Source: Candidatus Levyibacteriota bacterium
GTDB taxonomy: Bacteria > Patescibacteriota > Microgenomatia > Levybacterales > UBA12049
Reading direction: 5' to 3'
NCBI GenBank assembly: GCA_963716145.1
Contig: OY970292.1
Span: forward strand, 901,404 to 965,403
DNA: 64,000 nt
In this document: in pieces, positions 1-9,235 of the stretch
How the letters are laid out: every line of letters starts with the position of its first letter
Position numbering within the stretch: the stretch's first letter is position 1
Notes under the pieces: model-generated
What the model was told of the DNA's origin: nothing
Databases searched by the model: none
The model's input: only the letters and a program-made list of their open reading frames with translations
Translations under genes and position numbers: made by a program

Positions 1-333
1 TCAATTTTACTAATTGGCCTTCTTGTATTTTTTATAAATCCGCTTGACCTTTTGATGCCTCACATGATGCATCCTTTTATGGTGCCAATGCTCATCATTC
101 TTTTTGTTGCGTTCGCCGGATTTTTGTGGAAAGAACAGCCGGGAGATGAGCGGGAGCAGCTGCATAAATTTATTGCTTCCCGCTTTGCATATTTTGCGGG
201 AATCGCTACATTGATTTTGGGAATTATTATGCAAAGTTCAATTGGAAAAATTGATCCATGGATTGTGATCGCAATATGCATTGCTCTTCTTGCAAAAATA
301 GTTGGTTTAATTTACGGAAAGATGAAGTATTAG
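1..333 (+). CDS. Membrane protein, 5'-partial (frame is open from base 1)
   Basis: Frame 1 reads SILLIGLLVFFINPLDLLMPHMMHPF... with no stop until 333; three to four hydrophobic segments and a DEREQLH loop. Confidence 0.7.
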   Translation, partial: SILLIGLLVFFINPLDLLMPHMMHPFMVPMLIILFVAFAGFLWKEQPGDEREQLHKFIASRFAYFAGIATLILGIIMQSSIGKIDPWIVIAICIALLAKIVGLIYGKMKY

Positions 334-338
334 GGCGA

Positions 339-364
339 CCCGCCTACGTCAAGACTCCGGCGGG
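339..364. repeat. REP-like GC-rich palindrome
   Basis: CCCGCC-tac-GTC-aa-GAC-tcc-GGCGGG hairpin in an AT-rich intergenic spacer. Confidence 0.55.
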
Positions 365-382
365 CAAAGGGGGTGAAAAATT

Positions 383-910
383 ATGAACAAAAATTTAATT
401 CTGGGAATAACTATAACAGTAATAGTGCTAGGTGGAGGATGGATGATTGCAAGCAATCAAGCAAAAAATGACTCAGCAGGACATGCCGCTATGGAGAAAG
501 AGATGGTCGATAGTAAAGACGCTATGATGAAGAAAGATGACGCGGCAATGGAAAAGATAGATGACAAAATGATGACGGATCAAAACTCTTCCAATTATGT
601 TGAATACACAAAAGAAACTTTGGAGCAAGCAGCCAACAAGCGCCGAATTTTGTACTTTTATGCGTCTTGGTGTCCGACATGTAGACCAGCGGATGCTGAT
701 TTAAAAGCCAACGAAAGTAAAATACCTAAAGACGTTACTGTTTTGAGAACAAATTATAACGATCCCGATACCGATCAGGAGGAAAAGGAATTGGCCAAAA
801 AGTATGCTGTTACATATCAGCACACTTTTGTTCAAATAGACGCAAATGGGAATGAAGTAACTAAATGGAATGGTGGGCAAACAAAAGAACTTTTGGCAAA
901 TATTAAGTAG
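383..910 (+). CDS. Membrane-anchored thioredoxin-like protein with Met-rich linker
   Basis: N-terminal TM; FYASWCPTC active site; YAVTYQHTFVQID; GGGGGTGA RBS upstream. Confidence 0.85.
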   Translation: MNKNLILGITITVIVLGGGWMIASNQAKNDSAGHAAMEKEMVDSKDAMMKKDDAAMEKIDDKMMTDQNSSNYVEYTKETLEQAANKRRILYFYASWCPTCRPADADLKANESKIPKDVTVLRTNYNDPDTDQEEKELAKKYAVTYQHTFVQIDANGNEVTKWNGGQTKELLANIK

Positions 911-920
911 CAAGTGAGTA

Positions 921-953
921 TTTCTGGCATGCCTTTTTGGGTATTGCCAGAAA
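921..953. terminator. Intergenic hairpin, possible terminator or processing stem
   Basis: TTTCTGGCA (921-929) pairs with TGCCAGAAA (945-953), with an inner TGCC/GGTA stem. Confidence 0.4.
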
Positions 954-994
954 ACACTCTATATGTAATAATAGTTAAGTTAGTTAAGTAAATT

Positions 995-2722
995 ATGTTA
1001 TTTTTAATTGGATTTGCATTTTTGGCAGGAGTAATTACGATTCTATCCCCCTGCATTCTTCCTATTCTCCCGATTGTTTTGTCAGGAAGCGTTGGGGGAG
1101 GAAAAAGAAAACCTCAAGGGATTGTGACAGGGTTTGTTCTTAGTTTCACTTTCTTTACACTATTCTTATCAGCACTAGTTAAAGCTACAGGTGTGTCTGC
1201 GGATTTTCTGCGTGGTTTTTCAATAGTAATTATTTTACTTTTTGGAATAAGCATTTTACTTCCTCAGTTTCAAGTACTGATGGAAAAAATGTTTTCCAAG
1301 CTTTCAAATAGATTTGCAGTACAGGGAGTGCATCAAGGGTTTGGCGGAGGAGTTTTGGTCGGTTTGAGTCTTGGGCTTATCTGGACGCCGTGTGTCGGAC
1401 CAATTATAGCAAGTGTCATAACGCTTGCCGCGACAAGTCAGGTGGGTTTTGCCGCATTTTTCATAACATTTGCCTATTCACTTGGTACTGCTATTCCGAT
1501 GTTCGCGATTATGTATGGAGGCCGTGGTTTGCTGCGAAAAGTTCCATGGCTTTTGCCAAATACCGAGAAAATCCAGAAAGCGTTTGGGATATTTATGATA
1601 ATAACTGCAATCGGGATATTTTTTAATGTTGACCGGAAATTCCAAACATATATTCTTGAGACATTCCCACAGTATGGTACAGGGCTTACCAAGCTTGAAG
1701 ATAACGATGCTGTTAAAAAGCAGCTGGATAAGCTATTCCAAAAAGACTCAAAGGATAGCTCGGGAAGTATTGGGAAGCCTACCTTTGATATGCAAAAAGG
1801 TCCAATTGCTCCTGAAATAATTCCGGGAGGGGTTTGGCTCAATTCAAAGCCACTAAAAATGAAAGATTTACGGGGAAAGGTGGTATTGGTTGATTTCTGG
1901 ACATACTCATGTATAAATTGTCAGAGGACTATGCCGTATCTGAAAGATTGGTACGCAAAGTATAAAGACAAAGGATTTGTGATAATTGGTGTTCATTCTC
2001 CGGAATTTGAATTTGAAAAGTCTGAAAAAAATGTAGCTCAAGCGTTGAAGGATTTTGGTCTAAAATATCCGGTTGTGCAGGACAATAATTTTGACACTTG
2101 GAAGGCATATGGCAACCGTTTTTGGCCTGCTAAGTATTTGGTGGATAAAGATGGATATGTCCGTTACACGCACTTTGGAGAGGGAGACTACGCTGAGACC
2201 GAGAAGGTGATACAAGATCTGCTTAAAGAAACGGGACAAATAGTAAACGTGGAGATAAAAAATGAAACAAGCTCCGGTGGACAAGCTGTGCTTTCTCCAG
2301 AAGGTTATCTTGGTTATCAAAGAATGCTGGATTTGATGGGATCGGGGAAGGCTGATCCGGGTGAGCAGCAGTTTGCCTTATCGGAAAATATCAACCCAAA
2401 TAAATTCTCTTTTGGGGGAACTTGGAATGTCAAAAAGGAATCATCGGTTGCGGTTGACGATGCAGTACTCGCCTACAACTTCAATGCAAGTAAAGTTTTC
2501 TTGGTTATGAACCCCGGTGCAGCCAGCGGAAAAATTAAAGTCTACTTAGATGGAAAATTGCTTGATCAAAAATTTGCCGGGAAAGATGTAAAAAACGGCT
2601 ATGTATTAATTGACAGCGATAGGCTTTATGAATTGATCGATTTAAAAGGAAATCCCGGAAACCATTTGCTTAGAATAGAATTTACATCAGGAGTTGAGGT
2701 CTTTGCTTTTACTTTTGGATAA
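995..2722 (+). CDS. dipZ: DipZ-type CcdA/DsbD membrane domain + TlpA thioredoxin + C-terminal domain
   Basis: LSPCILP and WTPCVGP CcdA motifs; DFWTYSCINC and GVHSPEF thioredoxin motifs; ends FAFTFG. Confidence 0.9.
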   Translation: MLFLIGFAFLAGVITILSPCILPILPIVLSGSVGGGKRKPQGIVTGFVLSFTFFTLFLSALVKATGVSADFLRGFSIVIILLFGISILLPQFQVLMEKMFSKLSNRFAVQGVHQGFGGGVLVGLSLGLIWTPCVGPIIASVITLAATSQVGFAAFFITFAYSLGTAIPMFAIMYGGRGLLRKVPWLLPNTEKIQKAFGIFMIITAIGIFFNVDRKFQTYILETFPQYGTGLTKLEDNDAVKKQLDKLFQKDSKDSSGSIGKPTFDMQKGPIAPEIIPGGVWLNSKPLKMKDLRGKVVLVDFWTYSCINCQRTMPYLKDWYAKYKDKGFVIIGVHSPEFEFEKSEKNVAQALKDFGLKYPVVQDNNFDTWKAYGNRFWPAKYLVDKDGYVRYTHFGEGDYAETEKVIQDLLKETGQIVNVEIKNETSSGGQAVLSPEGYLGYQRMLDLMGSGKADPGEQQFALSENINPNKFSFGGTWNVKKESSVAVDDAVLAYNFNASKVFLVMNPGAASGKIKVYLDGKLLDQKFAGKDVKNGYVLIDSDRLYELIDLKGNPGNHLLRIEFTSGVEVFAFTFG

Positions 2723-2774
2723 TAATTTTAATTTTCCTCTTGCCCTATTTTAATTTCCTGTATATACTTAATTT

Positions 2775-3898
2775 ATGGTACGTGTCGCGATAAATGGTTA
2801 TGGAAGAATAGGCAGAGTTGCCCACCGTGTAATCCTACAATGGCATTCTGAGGAGATAGAAGTCGTTGCAATCAATGCAGGCCACTCAACAGACATAAAG
2901 GGCTGGATGTATCTTCTTAAATACGATAGTGTGTATGGCTTGCTACCACAAGATATTAGCGTAAAACCTAACCCAGATGCAGCAGACAAAACTTTACTTG
3001 GACATTTGGTTATATCAGGAAAAGAAATCCCCGTTTATTCGCAAAAAGATCCGAATCTTCTACCATGGAAAGGCCTGAATGTAGATGTTGTTATCGAGTC
3101 TACGGGTCACTTTACATCAGCAGAGCAACTACAATCCCATATCACAGCAGGTGCCAAGGCAGTAGTTCTTTCAGCTCCTGCTAAAGGAGAGGGTGTGCCG
3201 ACATATGTTATCTCTGTAAACGAGACAAATTTCAAGGGAGAGAAAATGATCAACAATGCTTCATGTACCACCAATTGTATAACTCCTGTTGCCAAAATAA
3301 TTGATGCTGCCTTTGGAATTGATAAAGCAATGATGACAACAATTCACGGATACACATCAGACCAGAAGCTTCAGGACGGAGGACACAAAGATTATAGGAG
3401 AGCACGGGCTGCCGGGTTGAACATTGTTCCCACATCAACAGGCGCGACAATTGCGGCTGGTGAGGTGCTGCCGCAATTAAAAGGTGTGTTTGCAGGTTTG
3501 TCAGTACGGGTTCCGGTTCAGTCGGATCACTTTCTGACTTTACATTTTTACTTAAAAAAGAAGTAACGGTTGAGGAAGTAATTGGGGTTTTGGTTAAAGA
3601 AGCAGACAATCCCGTATATAAGGGAATTCTTGCTGTGACCACAGATCCAATTGTTTCATCGGACATTATCGGCAATTCCCACTCAAGCATAGTTGATCTT
3701 TCACTCACGCAAGTGGTTGGAGGTAATATGCTCAAAGTCATCGCCTGGTATGACAATGAATACGGATACGCGAATAGGTTGGTTGAGGAGACGATTATGG
3801 TTGGGCAGCCATCTGCAGCATCTGTTCCACCGACACCAGCTCCAACTGAGTCTACACCAGTTGATCCAAACGCTGCATCACAAGGATCAAGTAGTTGA
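2775..3898 (+). CDS. gapA: Type I glyceraldehyde-3-phosphate dehydrogenase; one base missing near 3519 splits it into two ORFs
   Basis: INGYGRIGR, ASCTTNC, WYDNEYGY. Adding one base in GTT-CA-GTC restores RVPVxVGSLSDFTFLLKKEVTVEEV. Confidence 0.93.
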
Positions 3899-3994
3899 TT
3901 TTCCATTTGCTATTTTCCATCTGCCATTGATTGCTTATTTATAAATTGACTAATTGATAAATAAATGGGAAATGATAAATGGACATTGGAAAAT
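3899..3994. repeat. Inverted pair of degenerate heptamer arrays
   Basis: Left arm TTTTCCA TTTGCTA TTTTCCA TCTGCCA (3899-3926); right arm AAATGGG AAATGAT AAATGGA CATTGGA (3963-3990). Confidence 0.75.
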
Positions 3995-3999
3995 AAATT

Positions 4000-4590
4000 A
4001 TGAATGAACCCATTGAGCTTCAAAATATTCGCAATATAACTGTTTCCGGCAGGATCGGTTCAGGAGCAACAACGCTTGCAAAAAGACTTTCTAAAACACT
4101 GGGGTGGGATGTGTTGGACGGGGGGAAATTATTCAGAAAAATAAACGCGGATCTTGGGATATCAATTACAGCAAGTAATAGTCGCCCTGATCATTTTGAC
4201 CTTGAATATGAAGAGAAGGTTAAAAAAACGCTAAAAGAAGAGACGCATCACATCATCCAAAGCCATTTGGCTGGTTTTGACGCTCAGGAAATCACCGGAG
4301 TTTTTAAGATTTTGGTGGTATGTGAAAATAATCAGGGACAGGACAAAACAGAAATAAGGATTGACCGGCTTGTAAATAGGGACGGAAAGGCTGTTGATGA
4401 AGCAAAAAAGGAAGTACTTGAAAGAGAAGCAGAGCATCTCAAAAAATTTCGCAGACTCTATGCAAATCATGATCAAAATTGGGTGTATTGGGATCACAAG
4501 TATTACAATTTAATTGTAAATACTTTTTCCCACAATGAAGAGGAGAGTCTGAAAATTGCACTAGAGGCAATCGGGTATAAGAATTTTTAA
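4000..4590 (+). CDS. cmk: Cytidylate kinase-like protein, archaeal-type AAA family
   Basis: ITVSGRIGSGATTLAKRLS P-loop; GGKLFR; RxxxRD...ERE...RRLY pattern. Confidence 0.7.
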   Translation: MNEPIELQNIRNITVSGRIGSGATTLAKRLSKTLGWDVLDGGKLFRKINADLGISITASNSRPDHFDLEYEEKVKKTLKEETHHIIQSHLAGFDAQEITGVFKILVVCENNQGQDKTEIRIDRLVNRDGKAVDEAKKEVLEREAEHLKKFRRLYANHDQNWVYWDHKYYNLIVNTFSHNEEESLKIALEAIGYKNF

Positions 4591-4670
4591 TTTTTATTTT
4601 TCAATTTTCAATGAAATCACAATTTTCAATTTTAAAACATTTAAATATTAAAAATTCATTTCAAATTATT
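4584..4670. repeat. TTTTCAA heptamer element overlapping the start of the next CDS
   Basis: TTTTTAA TTTTTAT TTTTCAA TTTTCAA TGAAATC...TTAAAACATT...AAAATTCATTTCAAATT; same layout at 30226-30343 and 31430-31480. Confidence 0.7.
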
Positions 4671-5192
4671 TTAGCAATAGTTTTGTTGGTATTTGGGTTT
4701 GTAGGAAGTGTTAGCGCTCAGGAAGATCTTCCTTCAGCAACTGAGTCATCGAAAGTGGATTATCAACTGTCATATCCGGGGCTTTTGCCTGATCATCCGC
4801 TTTATTTTCTGAAAGCGGCACGGGAGAGAGTGGAAGCTTTTTTTACTTCAAAACCTCTTAATAAGGCTGAATTTAATTTGCTCCAGGCAGATAAAAGAGT
4901 TCAGGCAAGTCAAATGCTTGCTGTAAAAGGAAAATTTGAATTATCTCAATCTACTTTTTCAAAAGCGGAAAACTATTTTGAAGAAGCAATTAACAATACC
5001 TTGCAAGCAAAGACTCAGGGGATTCATATTGATGAGGTTGCCAAGAAGCTTAAAGATGCCAACATAAAACACAAAGAAGTTCTTGGTAATATAGTTGATG
5101 CTTTAGATAAGAAGAATAAAAAACAATTTGTAACGGAAGCTAAGCGATTAACTGATTTTGAAAAAAAAGTGAGAGAGTTGAATCCGAATTAA
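4611..5192 (+). CDS. DUF5667-like secreted helical protein
   Basis: Signal peptide ending VSA-Q; YQLSYPGLLPDHPLYFLK and ADKR motifs. Confidence 0.75.
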   Translation: MKSQFSILKHLNIKNSFQIILAIVLLVFGFVGSVSAQEDLPSATESSKVDYQLSYPGLLPDHPLYFLKAARERVEAFFTSKPLNKAEFNLLQADKRVQASQMLAVKGKFELSQSTFSKAENYFEEAINNTLQAKTQGIHIDEVAKKLKDANIKHKEVLGNIVDALDKKNKKQFVTEAKRLTDFEKKVRELNPN

Positions 5193-5312
5193 TGGTCGTT
5201 TCGGATCATTATGTAAAACTTTTTTGAACACCATAAAGGCTCTTGTAAGAAAACGATATTAAAAAATTACTCATCCAAGGCTATTGATCTCCTTTGATAC
5301 TAAAGTTTATAG

Positions 5313-5389
5313 TTGACACCCAAGATCTAGTGGCATATGATTTTTGTGACACTAGATAACTAGACAAGTCAGAGCTTAAAGTCTATAAT
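5313..5389 (+). promoter_or_regulatory. Tandem sigma70 promoters with two NrdR boxes
   Basis: TTGACA(5313)-17-TATGAT(5336) and TAGACA(5361)-17-TATAAT(5384). NrdR-box-like 16-mers ACCCAAGATCTAGTGG (5318-5333) and ACACTAGATAACTAGA (5349-5364) start 31 bp apart. Confidence 0.8.
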
Positions 5390-5449
5390 TAAGAAGCAAG
5401 AATTCTTGATTTTGAAGCTAAAATGATAGTTTGATTCTAGATAAATATT

Positions 5450-5908
5450 ATGCATTGTCCATACTGCGGTACAAAAAATTCAGAAGTTGTTGAGACACGG
5501 GAGAGCTCAGATCTTGATTCTATAAGAAGGAGAAGATCATGCATGGACTGCTCCAAGAGATTCACAACTTATGAGAGAGTTGAAAATGTTGCTCTGGTTG
5601 TAATTAAAAGAGATGGAAAAAGAGAGCAATTTAGCCGTGAGAAGCTGGAGCGAGGGCTTCTTAAAGCTTGCGAGAAGACAACTATACCAACCGAGATAAT
5701 TGAAAAGATAGTATCAGAAATAACCCGAGAGCTCCGGGCGCAGGACAGTTTGGAAGTGGAGAGTACAATGATAGGAGATCTGGTTGCCAAGAAGCTTAAA
5801 AAGCTTGATAAAGTCGCTTATATCAGATTTGCCAGTGTATTTAAAAGATTTGTTGATATTGAAGATTTTGAAAAAGAAGTAAAAGGGTTAACGCCCAAAA
5901 GCCTATGA
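5450..5908 (+). CDS. nrdR: Transcriptional repressor NrdR
   Basis: MHCPYC...RRRRSCMDC..RFTTYE zinc ribbon, ATP cone, VAYIRFASV. Confidence 0.97.
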   Translation: MHCPYCGTKNSEVVETRESSDLDSIRRRRSCMDCSKRFTTYERVENVALVVIKRDGKREQFSREKLERGLLKACEKTTIPTEIIEKIVSEITRELRAQDSLEVESTMIGDLVAKKLKKLDKVAYIRFASVFKRFVDIEDFEKEVKGLTPKSL

Positions 5909-8309
5909 CACTTGATGGAATAAGACACAAAGTATTTATGGATCGCTACTCTTTGAAAGATGAGGAGGGAGTGGCTACTGAGCAAACACCGGACGCGATG
6001 TGGGCACGGGTCGCACGGGGAATTGCCGAAGCTGAGAAAAAGCCGGATCGTAAAAAATGGGAGAAGGAATTCTACCGCGTGATGGATGAATTCAAATTCG
6101 TTCCCGCGGGACGAATTCTATCGGTGCCGGTACCGGCTATCAGGTTACTTACTTTAACTGTTTTGTTATTCCCTCTCCCAAAGATTCAAGACATGGAATC
6201 CTTGAAGCGCTTGGACAGCTGGTCGAGATTCAGGCCCGTTCAGGTGGAGTTGGCTTAAACATGTCTAGTCTTCGTCCCAAAGGCGCACGGGTTAAAAAAG
6301 TAAATGGAACTTCCTCAGGCCCTGTTAACTGGGCAACTCTTTTTTCAGTCGCAACGCATGACATTGTCCAGCAGGGCGGATCAAGACGCGGAGCAACGAT
6401 GTTGATGCTTTGGGACTGGCATCCTGATATTGAAGAATTCATCACCGTTAAAGAGGATCTTACCAAAATAAACGGTGCCAATTTATCAGTCTGTGTGTCC
6501 GATGCATTCATGGAAGCTGTAAAGCTTGATAAAGATTGGGATCTTGTTTATCCTGATCTGACAGATCCAAAATACGACACGAAATGGAACGGGGAAATTG
6601 ATTTATGGAGAAAAATCGGTGGAAAAGTAATAGTTCATAAGACAATCAAAGCGCGTTATCTCTGGGATCTTATCTGCACCGCTGCCTGGAAATCAGCTGA
6701 ACCGGGCCTACACTTTCTTGAAAGAAGCAACAAAAGGTCAAACACATGGTACTTTGAAAGACTTGTTGCTACCAATCCATGCGGTGAGCAGCCTCTTGGA
6801 GCATGGGCAGTCTGCAACTTGGGCGCAATGAATCTGGCAGCGTATGTAAAAAACGGAGAATTTGATTTTGATAATTTCGGAAAAGACACCAAAGTTGCCA
6901 TGAGGCTTCTGGACAATGTCATAGACCTGACATATTATTTCTTCAAAGAAAACGAGAAATGCTCAAAAGATATTCGCAGGACCGGTCTTGGCATCATGGG
7001 ACTTGGGGACGCGCTTATCAAAATGAAACTCCGCTATGGATCTGAGGAATCATTTCCGATTATAGAAAAAATATTTAAGACATTAAGAGATAGTGCGTAT
7101 GATGCGTCTTCTGATCTCGCAAAAGAAAAAGGTTCTTTCCCATTGTTTGATAAGAAAAAATACCTAAAAGGTTACCACATCAAAGCTTTGCCAAAAAAAC
7201 TTCAGGACAAAATAGCAAAACAGGGAATTCGCAACGCAGTTCTTCTGACAATTGCGCCAACAGGTACAACGGGATTAGTTGCGGGTGTCACATCGGGAAT
7301 CGAGCCGGTCTATGAGTTTATGTTTAAGCGTAAATGGAGGGGTGGGGAGGAGACAATGTATCACCCATTATTTGACGAATGGAGACTTGCCAATCCTGAT
7401 GCAGAGAGGCCTTCCTATTTTGCCAGCGCCAATGACCTGACTCCTCTTGAGCACGCAAAAGTCCAGGCAATTGCACAGGCTTATATCGATTCCTCAATCT
7501 CCAAAACAGTTAACGCGCCAAATTCCCACACAATTGAGGATGTTAAAAATCTTTACATGGCAGCATATGATCTGGGGCTTAAAGGTGTTACTTATATGAG
7601 GGATGGATCAAGACAAGGTGTTTTGGAAAGGATTGTTGAGAAGCCAGTTGAAAAACCAATTGAGGCAGCGCCTGTTATTCCTGTGACACCCCGTATGCCG
7701 CGCCCAATGATGCTGACTGGACTTACTTACAAGACCGACAGTCCATCGGGTAAAGTTTACGTTACTCTAAATCACGACGAGAAAGACAACTTGTTTGAAG
7801 TCTTCATAAATCATGGAAAAAGCGGATCTGATCTTATGGCTCTTGCCGATGCGCTTGGAAGGATGATTTCATTTGTTCTCAGGATTCACAGTCCTGTCCC
7901 AACCCGTGAAAGAGTCCGTGAGATTATCTCAGAGTTAACAGGTATTGGAGGATCACGAAGTGTCGGATTTGGGGAAAACAGAGTCCGTTCACTTCCTGAT
8001 GCAATTGCCAAAGTACTGGCGCGCCATTATGAATTCCGGGTAAATGGAAAGGTTGAGGATAGAAAGCCGGCAAACGGCAATGGGTTGAGCAACGGTCACG
8101 CAATTGACGCGGAGCCAAAAGCTCCTGCTCAGGATTTAACGGACGCGACCCAGCTTCCAATTCCCCAAGCTGAAGAAGTGGTCTTTTCGGCAAATACTTC
8201 CTCATCTTCAACATCACTTTTTGATATTTGTCCTGAGTGCGGATCAAGTAGTCTTGCATATGAAGATGGTTGCCAGAAATGCTACGCATGTGGATACTCC
8301 GCGTGCTAG
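5905..8309 (+). CDS. nrdJ: Adenosylcobalamin-dependent class II ribonucleotide reductase with C-terminal TSCPD and Zn-ribbon; one base missing near 6122
   Basis: FVPAGRILS then (shifted) GAGTGYQVTYFNCFVIP; QGGSRRGA; ATNPCGEQ; TIAPTGT; KGVTYMRDGSR; CPECG...GCQKCYACGYSAC. ATGA overlap with nrdR. Confidence 0.92.
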
Positions 8310-8324
8310 ATATTATTTGTCTTA

Positions 8325-8353
8325 TTGACAATTTATATCTTAAGTATTATATT
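8325..8353 (+). promoter_or_regulatory. sigma70 promoter of the B12 operon
   Basis: TTGACA(8325-8330)-17-TATATT(8348-8353). Confidence 0.65.
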
Positions 8354-8377
8354 GTAAATCAATTAAAGATTAACCGG

Positions 8378-8473
8378 TCAAAAGGTCCGAAAGCTGTGGA
8401 ACTCAGCGCTATGCCGTAACTGTACAGTCAGATCGCAGACTTTTGATTTTTATTCTATCCTTCGAGCAAAGGA
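8378..8473 (+). ncRNA. Cobalamin riboswitch, compact class II / AdoCbl-variant-like
   Basis: Closing stem TCAAAAGGTC (8378-87)/GACTTTTGA (8438-46); CGA/TCG; GAAA junction; GCTG-tggaact-CAGC T-loop hairpin; GTAACTGT core; AGTCAGATCG B12-box-like segment; downstream hairpin TCCTT-cgagca-AAGGA (8458-73). Upstream of a PduO-containing operon. Confidence 0.8.
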
Positions 8474-8495
8474 AAAGAAGTCTAAAAAAACTTCT

Positions 8496-8521
8496 AAACT
8501 TCTCGCTTGAGAAGTTTTTTT
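8496..8521 (+). terminator. Intrinsic terminator, riboswitch expression platform
   Basis: AAACTTCTC-gctt-GAGAAGTTT followed by a T run; AGAAGT (8476-81) can pair with ACTTCT as an alternative. Confidence 0.8.
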
Positions 8522-8560
8522 ATTCTTAAGCCTCTTTTGCATGTTGGAAGAAAGATCCAA

Positions 8561-9235
8561 ATGCTAAATTTAAAAAAAATAAAAATAAAATCACCTGTGC
8601 CCAAGTTTCTTGTTTATCCCATCCTGGTATTGGTGTTAATTTTTGCCGGGGCTTTATCGTTTGCTCTGGCGCAAATTTCTGCACCGCAAAGACATGATTT
8701 ATCAGTAAGCAAAACGGTTAAAATAACCAAAAAAGCGACAGAAAATCCTACTCCTACTCAAGATCCAGAAGGTTCAATTAATAATCAAATTTACAAAAGC
8801 GCAAAAGCAACCTCCCAGCAGGTATCTGTCCAGCCTGCAACTGCTTCAAATACTAGTGTATCAGCTACTGCAAGTAATACTTCTTCGGGAAGTTCTAGTC
8901 CTACTCCAACCTCAGCGCCTGCGGCAGTTAACGCTTCGGAAAATAAGGTTACTGTTTCTATAAATGGCGATTCAGGCTTTGAGGTAAAAGTTTCAAGCGG
9001 TGCCAATCAATGTGACGTTCTTAGTAAATCATTGGATCAGGGGAAAATCCAAAGCCTTAACATGCGTTATGACAATAGTCTTGGAAGTAATGCAATTTAT
9101 CAGATTAACGGAATTGGGAAGGATAATTCTGTCTGGTGGACTTATAAAGTAAACGGTCAAGCTCCCAGTCAGGGGTGCAGTAAGGTTGGCGCAAATAACG
9201 GTGACAATGTTGAGTGGAAATACATAGGATCATGA
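8561..9235 (+). CDS. Membrane-anchored DUF4430 (transcobalamin-like C-terminal beta domain) protein
   Basis: TM, S/T/P-rich linker, then IYQINGIG...WWTYKVNGQAPSQGCSKV...GDNVEWKY. Likely start is ATG 8561; the track's 8507 start lies inside the terminator. Confidence 0.8.
   Translation: MLNLKKIKIKSPVPKFLVYPILVLVLIFAGALSFALAQISAPQRHDLSVSKTVKITKKATENPTPTQDPEGSINNQIYKSAKATSQQVSVQPATASNTSVSATASNTSSGSSSPTPTSAPAAVNASENKVTVSINGDSGFEVKVSSGANQCDVLSKSLDQGKIQSLNMRYDNSLGSNAIYQINGIGKDNSVWWTYKVNGQAPSQGCSKVGANNGDNVEWKYIGS

Noticed and set aside
6100-6270. Programmed frameshift, intron or intein in nrdJ
   Set aside because: No slippery heptamer or inserted sequence; one added base restores a continuous RNR, and the same defect occurs in three unrelated genes.
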